Position numbers and translations under genes: made by a program. Source: a virus. Taken from it: DNA of 64,000 bases. The DNA lies in the IMG/VR virus record IMGVR_UViG_3300023313_000006, positions 1-64,000 of that record. One strand, given 5' to 3'. Numbering within the stretch: position 1 is the stretch's first letter; each line of letters opens with the position of its first letter. The notes below the pieces were generated by a model. It was given only the letters and a program-made list of their open reading frames with translations. It did no database searches and was not told the DNA's origin. Of the stretch, positions 56,264 through 64,000 are shown in pieces.

Positions 56264-56845
56264 ATGAAATACGATTTTAGTTCACCATCCAAGTTTGAAG
56301 AACAGGTTAAGGAACAACTAGCACAAAAAGCGATGGAAGCAATCGATAAAATCAGAGAAGAAATGCGCGGAGTCAATGAATCGGAAGATGGTAGCGACGA
56401 CGAAGAAGTTGAATCAGAACTAGTCATTTTAATCAACGACGAAGATAACGTACAAGTCGAAAAAATCGCTGGCAGTCTTGGGATTGAAACAAGCTATAAC
56501 GATGATGCCGGCACGGTTGAATTAGAAGATTATGATGAAGATGCGCTTGAAAAGTTTTTCGATGAACTAGAACGAAATGACATTGAATATGAAGTTGTCG
56601 ATGATAACTTTTTCTCATCGGACGACGACGAAGATATGGACGAAGCAACCAAACTTCGCGTCCACACCAAAGCATCGGATAAACTAGCACACAAGCGTTA
56701 CTACAGAAAGAACAAGAGCAAACTGAAACTTAAAGCTCGTCGTTTTCGCAAAACTTCAAAATTCAAACGTTACGTCAAACTAGCAAAAAGAAAGGCGAGG
56801 GTCGGTCGCACCGCTAGAGGAAAACGCCAAGTCAAGAGGATTTAA
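56264..56845 (+). CDS. prohead core protein (gp67-like acidic part + gp68-like basic part)
   Basis: Position between gp20 and gp21; strongly acidic N-terminal two-thirds and K/R-rich C-terminus. Confidence 0.6.
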   Translation: MKYDFSSPSKFEEQVKEQLAQKAMEAIDKIREEMRGVNESEDGSDDEEVESELVILINDEDNVQVEKIAGSLGIETSYNDDAGTVELEDYDEDALEKFFDELERNDIEYEVVDDNFFSSDDDEDMDEATKLRVHTKASDKLAHKRYYRKNKSKLKLKARRFRKTSKFKRYVKLAKRKARVGRTARGKRQVKRI

Positions 56846-56846
56846 T

Positions 56847-57086
56847 ATGATCTCGTTCAAGGAATATGTAACCGAATCAAAAGAGAAAGAATTGCTAATC
56901 AAATTTACGGATGTGATCGAAGCAATGACTAACAAAAAGTATTCAGACGAAACAGTTATGAATGTTATTTCACATCTAGCGAAAATGAAGAACCTACAGA
57001 AAAAAGCAGTTCATTCGATGCTATCAAAAAATGGCATCAAGGATTCGGACGTTTCCGGTTTTGCTGCTGCTATTATGAAAGCATAG
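56847..57086 (+). CDS. putative internal head protein with capsid-targeting sequence
   Basis: N-terminus MISFKEYVTE resembles the T4 IP targeting sequence MKTYQEFIAE. Confidence 0.6.
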   Translation: MISFKEYVTESKEKELLIKFTDVIEAMTNKKYSDETVMNVISHLAKMKNLQKKAVHSMLSKNGIKDSDVSGFAAAIMKA

Positions 57087-57095
57087 GGGTTATCA

Positions 57096-57713
57096 ATGTA
57101 CATCATTACCGAATTTGACGAATCAAACGAAATCATCACCGAAGCAAAAGAGAAAAACCTGTATATCAGCGGCATCTTTGCTCAAGCAGAAAAGAAAAAC
57201 CGAAACGGTCGAATTTATCCGGTACATATTCTCGAACGTGAAATCAATCGCTATAATGAACAATATGTCAAAACAAGTCGGGCTATTGGTGAATTATCAC
57301 ACCCAAGCAGTCCCACGGTTAATCCAGATCGAACTTCGCATCTAATCACTGAATTGAAGAAATCTGGCAATGATTTCTATGGCAAAGCCAAAATTCTAAA
57401 CACGCCCGTTGGCAACATCGTTCGTGGTCTAATTGAGGGCGGTGTCAAAATTGGCGTGTCCACTCGCGGTCTTGGTTCAATCAGCGAAGAAAATGGCGTG
57501 AAGGTTGTCAACGAAGATTTCAAGCTATTGACAATTGACATCGTGACCGATCCATCGGGTATCGATTGTTTTGTTGACGGTCTGGTTGAACACGTTGGTT
57601 TTGGTATGAAAGAAGAAAAAGCAGCGGCAATTCGCAAGAAGGTTCTCTGCGCACCAAAATCAAAACTAGAAGAAGTTAAGCTAAACGCTTTCAAAAGCAT
57701 TTTTGCTAAATAA
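57096..57713 (+). CDS. gp21: prohead protease gp21
   Basis: YI.GIF.QAE.KNRNGR.YP, GEL.HP, GVS.RG.GS, D.V.DPS. Confidence 0.96.
   Translation: MYIITEFDESNEIITEAKEKNLYISGIFAQAEKKNRNGRIYPVHILEREINRYNEQYVKTSRAIGELSHPSSPTVNPDRTSHLITELKKSGNDFYGKAKILNTPVGNIVRGLIEGGVKIGVSTRGLGSISEENGVKVVNEDFKLLTIDIVTDPSGIDCFVDGLVEHVGFGMKEEKAAAIRKKVLCAPKSKLEEVKLNAFKSIFAK
57705..57712 (+). promoter_or_regulatory. late promoter GCTAAATA (gp22) with SD leader
   Basis: Overlaps the gp21 stop; SD AAGGAG before ATG 57742. Confidence 0.65.
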
Positions 57714-57741
57714 AATAAACACAAAACTAAAAGGAGTAAAC

Positions 57742-58632
57742 ATGGACTTTTTATGCCCAAAATGTGATTCGGAAATGACGCTTTCTGAAAACACTCACGT
57801 TTGCGCTGAATGCGACCATAAAATTTCCATCGATGAAGCAACACAGTTGTTTGAAGATGGTAAATTGGTTGGCATTGTGGCCGAAGATGAGCTAACAGAA
57901 GAACAAAAAGAAAAACTTGTCATTTCTTCAATCGATGAAGATATTGCTGCTTTGGTCGAAGGCGAAGAACTTTCAGAAGCATTTGTCGAAAAAGCCAAAG
58001 TGATCTTTGAAAGTGCTGTTGCTGCTCGTGTCGAAGAAGAAACAGCCGCAATCAAACAACAAGCAGAAGAATATCGCGCACTCATTGAAGAAGAAACAAT
58101 GAATGAAATGGTCGAAAAAATCGACGGTTATCTCGATCATGTCGTTTCTCAATGGGTCGAAGAAAACAAACTCGCAATCGAATCTGGTATCAAAGCAGAG
58201 ATGAATGAAGCGTTTGCCGAAGGCATTGCTGAATTGCTCAAATCTCACTACATCAAAGCGCCAGAGGATCGTTGGGACATCGTTGAAGGGCTAGCAGATA
58301 AAGTTGAAGAACTTGAAGCCAAGCTAGATGAATCAATCGAACGCGAAATTGAAGCCAAGAAGAAAATCTTTGAAGCTGAAAAGGTTGTCAAATTCGCCGA
58401 ACTATCGGAAGGTTTGACAGACACCCAGAAAGAAAAACTTGAAAAACTAAGCGAAAAGCTAGAAGCCGACAACATCGAAGAATACACTTCTAAAGTTGAA
58501 ACTCTAGTTGAAAGCTATTTTTCAAGCAAAAAGAAAGAAGAAGTTGTTGTTGAGGAAAAAGACGAATCCGAAAACAGCAATCAATTCTTCGATCTTTCCG
58601 AGGCAGTTCGGTTGTTGTCTAAGCGCGACTAA
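57742..58632 (+). CDS. gp22: prohead scaffold gp22 with N-terminal zinc ribbon
   Basis: LSE.F.EKA..IFE.AV, YL..V...W.EEN..AI..GI, L...QKEK; N-terminal CPKC...CAEC. Confidence 0.93.
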   Translation: MDFLCPKCDSEMTLSENTHVCAECDHKISIDEATQLFEDGKLVGIVAEDELTEEQKEKLVISSIDEDIAALVEGEELSEAFVEKAKVIFESAVAARVEEETAAIKQQAEEYRALIEEETMNEMVEKIDGYLDHVVSQWVEENKLAIESGIKAEMNEAFAEGIAELLKSHYIKAPEDRWDIVEGLADKVEELEAKLDESIEREIEAKKKIFEAEKVVKFAELSEGLTDTQKEKLEKLSEKLEADNIEEYTSKVETLVESYFSSKKKEEVVVEEKDESENSNQFFDLSEAVRLLSKRD

Positions 58633-58649
58633 TTCAACAAACGATTTTT

Positions 58650-58657
58650 CATAAATA
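58650..58657 (+). promoter_or_regulatory. late promoter CATAAATA (gp23) with SD leader
   Basis: Intergenic; SD AAGGAG before ATG 58698. Confidence 0.8.
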
Positions 58658-58697
58658 CAATATGACTTTACATAAACAACAAAAAGGAGTATCTTAA

Positions 58698-59960
58698 ATG
58701 GCAAAAGAACTATTGTCAGAAGAAGTAAAAGAACGCTGGAAACCAGTGATCGAAGCACCCGACGTTGCTCCGATCACCGACCGTAACGTTCGTAACACCA
58801 CAACCATCGTTCTTGAAAACACTGCTCGTGAACTAATGAACGAAGCAGGTAACACCACATCAACAGGCTTTGGCGCTGCTGGTCCGACTCACGGTGGTTT
58901 CGATCCCGTACTAATCTCAATGATTCGTCGCACCATGCCTTCTCTTGTTGCTCACGATCTAGTTGGCGTTCAGCCAATGTCAATGCCTACCGGCCTAATT
59001 TTCGCCATGAAGTCTTACTATGGTGGCGCTGGCTCTAACGGTGGTACAGCAACCGAAATGTTCGGCACTACTGCTCCAGACAACACCTTCACTGGTGACG
59101 GCACTGGCGCAGCACAGACAACCGCTTCTGGTGAAATCCTCGGCACAAATCAGCAGGTTGACGCCGCTGCCGTTGGTTTGACTCCTGTTCTAGAAACCAA
59201 TCCTTGGCCAGAAGTCAGCTTCGAAATCCAGAAAGTGTCTGTTACTGCTAACACTCGTAAGCTGAAAGCAAAATACACTCTCGAACTAGCACAAGACCTA
59301 AAAGCAATCCACGGTATGGATGCGGATGCTGAACTTTCTAACATCCTATCCACCGAAGTTATTGGCGAAATCAACCGCGAACTCGTCAACTTCATCAACA
59401 CTCAAGCTGTACAGGGTTGTGCTACTGGTACTGTTCTAGCCGGTACTTTCAACCTAGCAAGCACGGACGCAGATGGTCGTTGGGAACTTGAAAAATACAA
59501 GAACCTATATCTACAGATCATCCGTGAAGCCAGCCTAATCGCTACTTCTACTCGTCGTGGTGTTGGTAACACCTTGATCGTTTCTCCGCTAGTTGCTGCT
59601 GCTCTTGAACAGGTAACAACTCTCAAGAACACCGAAGCAGACGTACCCGGCAACGTTGACGCTCGTGACTTCCTCGGCGTCACATATCTCGGCGTACTCG
59701 GCAACCGCTTCAAGGTATTCGTTGATCCTTACGCAACGCAGGAATTTGTAACAGTTGGCTATAAAGGCGCTAATGTTTATGACAGCGGCATCTTCTACTG
59801 CCCATACGTTGCTCTACAATTCCTACGCACACAGGGTTCAGACGACTTCCAGCCTCGTGTCGGCGTATCTACCCGCTACGGTTTGACAACCAACCCATTC
59901 GTGACTGGTGCCGCCGGAGCAAACGATTACTATCGTCGATTCCTAGTAACCAACCTATAA
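58698..59960 (+). CDS. gp23: major capsid protein gp23
   Basis: FDPVLIS.IRR.MP, GVQPM..PTGLIFAM, ELAQDLKAIHG, EINRE, FYCPYV.L, FQP..G..TRYG. Confidence 0.98.
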   Translation: MAKELLSEEVKERWKPVIEAPDVAPITDRNVRNTTTIVLENTARELMNEAGNTTSTGFGAAGPTHGGFDPVLISMIRRTMPSLVAHDLVGVQPMSMPTGLIFAMKSYYGGAGSNGGTATEMFGTTAPDNTFTGDGTGAAQTTASGEILGTNQQVDAAAVGLTPVLETNPWPEVSFEIQKVSVTANTRKLKAKYTLELAQDLKAIHGMDADAELSNILSTEVIGEINRELVNFINTQAVQGCATGTVLAGTFNLASTDADGRWELEKYKNLYLQIIREASLIATSTRRGVGNTLIVSPLVAAALEQVTTLKNTEADVPGNVDARDFLGVTYLGVLGNRFKVFVDPYATQEFVTVGYKGANVYDSGIFYCPYVALQFLRTQGSDDFQPRVGVSTRYGLTTNPFVTGAAGANDYYRRFLVTNL

Positions 59961-59983
59961 TAGGTTCGTTACAAATCCAAACG

Positions 59984-60015
59984 AAAAGGGGAGCCAGCAA
60001 TGGTTCCCCTTTTTT
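59984..60015 (+). terminator. intrinsic terminator after gp23 (possibly bidirectional)
   Basis: AAAAGGGGAGCCA-GCAA-TGGTTCCCCTTTTTT. Confidence 0.88.
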
Positions 60016-60019
60016 GTTG

Positions 60020-60047
60020 TTGACTTTTCGCTAAATCATGCTATGCT
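60020..60047 (+). promoter_or_regulatory. sigma70-type promoter for the homing endonuclease
   Basis: TTGACT-16 bp-TATGCT with extended TG; SD AGGAG. Confidence 0.55.
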
Positions 60048-60074
60048 TGCTCGATTAAAGCTAGGAGTCCATTT

Positions 60075-61556
60075 GTGTACACCCAAGAACTGAAAGATTT
60101 TTGCTTCGATACAAAAGACAAATCAACAAACACGCTACATCAAAACAAGCGAATGATGTCACTTTTGCTTTCAGAAACTTCGTTCTTGAATCACCACAAC
60201 CCAACATTGAGAGTTAGACGTGATTTTGTTGTAAAAAATTCAAAATCAATCCCTAGTTGTTCATTTTGCGGCAACGAAACAGTGATGACGACAAGAAACG
60301 ACAAATTCAAAAAATACTGTTCATTAGATTGTGAAAGAAAAGCGAAAACGAAAACATGCGACAAAATCTTTGACAAGGAATGGTTGATCTATCAAAGAAC
60401 AGAACTCAAAAAATCGAAAGATGATTTGTCCAGAGAATTAAACGTTTCGTACAAAACAATCGACGAAGCATTGTCTAATTTTGACATCAACGACAACATT
60501 TGCTTAGTTGACAAAAGAATTCGTACTATTTTGACAAACAAAAAACGATTAGCAAGATTCTACAACAAGTTTTCGACGCACGAAATAGCAGACTTGTTTG
60601 GTGTGTCCGTTGGAACAGTCATCAAGCATTTGAAAAAACATGAAATCGAAATCAAACCACCGAATTATTGGCACAAAAGTTTCAAGAAACGAAGCAAAGG
60701 CGAAAAAGAATTGTTTGATTTCGTTAATTCTTTGACAAAAGCAAAGCATTCGGATAGAACGGTTTTGAATGGCAAAGAACTGGATGTCTATGTGCCATCG
60801 CTCGGTGTCGCATTTGAATTTAATGGCATCTACTATCATTCAGAACGATTCATCGACAAAAACAGTCACTATGAAAAAACAAAGCAATGTCAGGAAAAAG
60901 GTGTGACGCTATATCACATTTGGGAAGATGATTGGACGAACAAACAAGCCATCTGGAAGTCGAGAATCAGATCAATTTTGGGGAAAACAGAACGAAAAAT
61001 CTATGCTAGAGATTGTCGGGTCAAAGATATTTCATCGAAAGAGAAAAACGATTTTCTTGAACGAACCCATTTACAAGGGCGAGATTTCGCCAAGCACAAG
61101 TTGGGATTGTTCCACAATGACAAATTGGTGGCCGTGATGACATTCAGCAAAGATCGATCGAACAAGAACGATCATGTTCTTTCAAGATTTTCATGCGAAT
61201 TGAACGCGACCGTTGTTGGTGGGTTCTCGAAATTGCTAGCACACTTCAAGCGAAACAACGAAGGCAACATTGTCACCTATGCCGATTTGTCATATACGGA
61301 CGGCAACGTTTACATTAAAAACGGATTTGTTGAATCCAAGCTCTACAAAAGCAATTACTGGTATGTGATCGATTCGAAGCGCGCCCACAAATCAAATTTC
61401 TCAAAATCAGCAATGAAAAAGAGATTTCCAAATTTCGATTTCAAATCAAATACAGAAACCGAAATGGCACACGAGTTGGGTTATTTTAGACTATTCGGTG
61501 CTGGAATGAAAACGTTTTCTCTAAATAATCATCATGCTAGACTTTCTGAAATCTAA
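60075..61556 (+). mobile_element. free-standing Hef-like homing endonuclease gene
   Basis: CSFCG...YCS..C zinc finger, HTH-like segments, ELD.Y.P...AFEFNG.YYH...IWEDDW nuclease, IYAR.C...FL...H.QG...GG.SKL...YAD domain; inserted after gp23. Confidence 0.8.
61520..61527 (+). promoter_or_regulatory. late promoter TCTAAATA
   Basis: 6 nt before ATG 61534, no SD. Confidence 0.6.
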
Positions 61557-61782
61557 CATCAAGGACTTGGGCTGGACGGGTGTTGTGATCGTCATGGTGA
61601 CAAGCGCATGGCTAGCACAAGGCCAAAAAATTAACAAGCTATCGCTCGAATTGGGCGAATTGAGATCTGACGTGAAGCACATGAACGTCTTATTTGAAAT
61701 CACGACCAAAAATTGTAGCAAAATGGCTGGGATCGATCTACCCGAAATTCCAAGATTAGAAACGTTAGAGATCGAAAAATGA
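61534..61782 (+). CDS. small TM + coiled-coil protein
   Basis: N-terminal hydrophobic helix followed by heptads. Confidence 0.6.
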   Translation: MLDFLKSNIKDLGWTGVVIVMVTSAWLAQGQKINKLSLELGELRSDVKHMNVLFEITTKNCSKMAGIDLPEIPRLETLEIEK

Positions 61783-61940
61783 GTTGGGTGTTAGTCATTA
61801 TCGCCGTCTATACTTCGCAAGGTTGGATTCCTTACAATCAACCAAAAGAAGTTGCTGCTTTTGCTGATCGGCAGAGCTGTAAAGCGGCTTTGTCAAGTTA
61901 TCAAGCAAAAGGCTTTCAAGGCTACTGCTACCCGCGCTAA
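61779..61940 (+). CDS. small hydrophobic Cys-containing protein (53 aa, not in ORF track)
   Basis: ATGA overlap; MSWVLVIIAV...F.DRQSC..A...YCYPR. Confidence 0.55.
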   Translation: MSWVLVIIAVYTSQGWIPYNQPKEVAAFADRQSCKAALSSYQAKGFQGYCYPR

Positions 61941-63424
61941 ATCTCGACGTTCATCACCGTATAGTCAAATTTTTCATCATTGTAGTATTTCACGCGCTCA
62001 ATGAAATGCTGTAACGAATAATTTTGTCTCGATTTCCACGACAAATCATCACAAATATCATACAACACCACGTCTGTTTTTTGAGCATTCATCCGCAAAC
62101 CACGACCGATCGATTGTAGCGTTCGGATTTTCGATTTGGATGGTGAACAAAAGAACACTGAATGAATGTTTTTGATTGACACGCCGGTCGAACTTGTACC
62201 AAGCGAAGCAATCAAAATAGCATTCTCTTTTTGTTCCATGCTTTTGCGAATTTCATCACGCTTGTCCGCAGAAACAGAACCATCAATGAAATAGACTGTT
62301 CTGTTTTCATCAACCATATTTTTAATCGTTTCGAACAAAATCTTGCCGTGCCGTTTATGATTGAACAACAATAAGCAGTTGCGCTTTTGAAGAACAGCAC
62401 TTCTTGCTATAAACAAATTCCTGTTCGCGTTTTCATAGAGCCATTTCATTTCGTCTTGATACTTGACCTTTTTCATGTTCTGGCAAATTTCTTGCGGATA
62501 TTTCAACACGACTGCTCGAATGCTCAAATCAGCAACTTTCTTGGCATCCATCAATTCTTTTGTTGTGATGACTTTATAGATGTCACCAAACAAACCATTC
62601 AAAGTCAATTCGTTTGTTTTAGCACCACTCAATGTGCCGGTCAAGCCAAATTTGTAGGGGCAGTTGGTCAACGAATTCATAATTTTCTGGATGCTGTTTG
62701 CTGTTGCTAGATGACATTCATCACAAATAATAGCATCAAACATATCGAAAAACTTGGGCGGCATTCGGAAAATGCTCTGCCACGTCGAAATGTAAACTTG
62801 CTTGTCCGAATACTTGTCTTTGCCGCTCATAATCTGGTGACAATTATCAGCAACATCCCATGAATCATGCGTCGAATAATCGGCAAAATCCGAATACATT
62901 TGAAGCACCAAACCAGTTGTCGGCACAAGAATCAAAATTTTCTTGTTGGTGATGTTTTGAAGGAACCTAGTAACGATATAGACAATCAAGCTCTTGCCGC
63001 TGGACGTTGGCGACAAAATCAATCCTCTTTTGTTGCGCAACATTTCGCAAACAGCTCGCTTTTGATAGTCGTATGCTTCGATTTTCGTTTCGCCGCAATG
63101 AAGATTCAAGCTAGACACGAATTTGTCAATCAATTTTTCATCGATTCGCTTGTCAATCGACACCGCCTTTGGTTCGATCGACACACTATAGCCACGACTT
63201 TCAGCAAAAGCGACGATGTGGCTAATCAGTCCAATATAAATCGAGCAATCAAATGTGCGGAACAAGCGGATTTTGCCGTCCCATTGTTTGTTTTTATATT
63301 TGGGTGTGAATTGAAACCCATCGACATAGAACGAAAAGTATTCGTTCAATTCTTCGGCGATGCTGCGCACACAATCGATGCGAGCATACACGTCGTCTTT
63401 TTTATAAATCACAATGTCCGTCAT
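61937..63424 (-). CDS. uvsW: UvsW DNA/RNA helicase
   Basis: WDGKIRLF, SPTSSGKSLI, STWQS, DECH, GLTGT, LQSIGRGLR. Confidence 0.97.
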   Translation of the reverse strand: MTDIVIYKKDDVYARIDCVRSIAEELNEYFSFYVDGFQFTPKYKNKQWDGKIRLFRTFDCSIYIGLISHIVAFAESRGYSVSIEPKAVSIDKRIDEKLIDKFVSSLNLHCGETKIEAYDYQKRAVCEMLRNKRGLILSPTSSGKSLIVYIVTRFLQNITNKKILILVPTTGLVLQMYSDFADYSTHDSWDVADNCHQIMSGKDKYSDKQVYISTWQSIFRMPPKFFDMFDAIICDECHLATANSIQKIMNSLTNCPYKFGLTGTLSGAKTNELTLNGLFGDIYKVITTKELMDAKKVADLSIRAVVLKYPQEICQNMKKVKYQDEMKWLYENANRNLFIARSAVLQKRNCLLLFNHKRHGKILFETIKNMVDENRTVYFIDGSVSADKRDEIRKSMEQKENAILIASLGTSSTGVSIKNIHSVFFCSPSKSKIRTLQSIGRGLRMNAQKTDVVLYDICDDLSWKSRQNYSLQHFIERVKYYNDEKFDYTVMNVEI

Positions 63425-63819
63425 ATTCCAGCAGCAAACTTCCTAAATTCAATCGCGTCTTTAATCAGATATGATAGACCAGAAATCTGTTTACACACGC
63501 TCTCCAAGTAATTAGCGCACGATTTCTCATATTCCAATTTCATTTTCAGTTTTTGAAGCTCTTTGTCACCGGCCATCATCACATCGATTTCCGCTTTATT
63601 TTTCAACACAACTTCATAGTCGTTGCGATAGTACATATATTTCTTAGCAGCCAGCTCGTCATATTCACTTTGAAGTTTCAAGCACATCAACACGCACTCA
63701 CTATGGAGTTGTAGGTACTTGGAATACAGGATCGGTACTTTGACGGCAGATTCATCGAGATTGTTTTTGTCGATGACCAAATCTCTTGCTACTTGTTGAT
63801 GTAAATGCTGTAAATCCAT
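63421..63819 (-). CDS. uvsY: recombination mediator UvsY
   Basis: DL.ID...L, P.LYSKYL, Y.IK.AIEFRKF.AG. Confidence 0.92.
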   Translation of the reverse strand: MDLQHLHQQVARDLVIDKNNLDESAVKVPILYSKYLQLHSECVLMCLKLQSEYDELAAKKYMYYRNDYEVVLKNKAEIDVMMAGDKELQKLKMKLEYEKSCANYLESVCKQISGLSYLIKDAIEFRKFAAGI

Positions 63820-63825
63820 GAAGCA

Positions 63826-63854
63826 ATCTTACCAGAAACGAATCAAATTGTCAA
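63826..63854 (-). promoter_or_regulatory. sigma70-type promoter for uvsY-uvsW
   Basis: TTGACA-17 bp-TAAGAT with extended TG; 6 nt before the uvsY ATG. Confidence 0.75.
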
Positions 63855-63862
63855 GCAAAAAA

Positions 63863-64000
63863 TCAAACGCTCACTGAAAAGTCTTGATAGTAAAATGTGA
63901 CCGATGCGGTCAACACACGATTGTCGCCGACCGATGTGAATTGAACTTCGCTCAACACCGACGGGAACATTCCAACAAAAACGAATGTCATCAGCGGCGT
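63863..64000 (-). CDS. gp3: tail completion protein gp3, C-terminal fragment (runs off window)
   Basis: ...FVFVGMFPSVLSEVQF...LTASVTFYYQDFSV*; T4 synteny gp3-uvsY-uvsW. Confidence 0.75.
   Translation of the reverse strand, partial: TPLMTFVFVGMFPSVLSEVQFTSVGDNRVLTASVTFYYQDFSVSV

Noticed and set aside
62867-63511. 214-aa plus-strand ORF
   Set aside because: Antisense to uvsW, with no motif or RBS.
1-64000. Stop-codon reassignment or tRNA genes
   Set aside because: Core genes are intact under the standard code and end in TAA, TAG and TGA; intergenic gaps are short and show no cloverleaf.

Overview
A 64-kb segment of a T4-like myovirus genome with cyanophage/marine-type gene order, using the standard genetic code. 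(1) 1-11 kb, + strand: small early genes behind near-consensus sigma70 promoters, including an HD/SpoT-like hydrolase, three tandem pentapeptide-repeat paralogs, a C5 DNA methyltransferase with a nested second subunit and thymidylate synthase, followed by dsbA, an exonuclease, gp33, gp59 and gp32. (2) 11-15 kb, - strand: gp2, gp54-like, gp26, gp51-like and the tape measure. (3) 15-60 kb, + strand: baseplate genes (gp4, 48, 53, 27, 5, PAAR, 25, 6, 7, 8, VrlC-like), an ~18-kb cluster of modular fibre/adhesin, chaperone and lysis genes where T4 has gp9-12/wac, then gp13-gp23. (4) 60-64 kb: a Hef-like homing endonuclease, two small genes, and uvsW, uvsY and gp3 on the - strand. Main findings: a T TTT TTC slippery site that would fuse gp26 to an unannotated gp51-like ORF by -1 frameshift immediately before the tape measure (lambda G/GT-like); late promoters 5-6 nt before ATG with no SD (leaderless late mRNAs) on low-copy proteins, versus SD leaders on high-copy ones; an EcoHK31I-like nested methyltransferase; and strong CCWGG and TGCA avoidance. 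No tRNA, CRISPR array, intron, intein or reverse transcriptase was seen. All family calls come from motif recall and synteny, not database searches.
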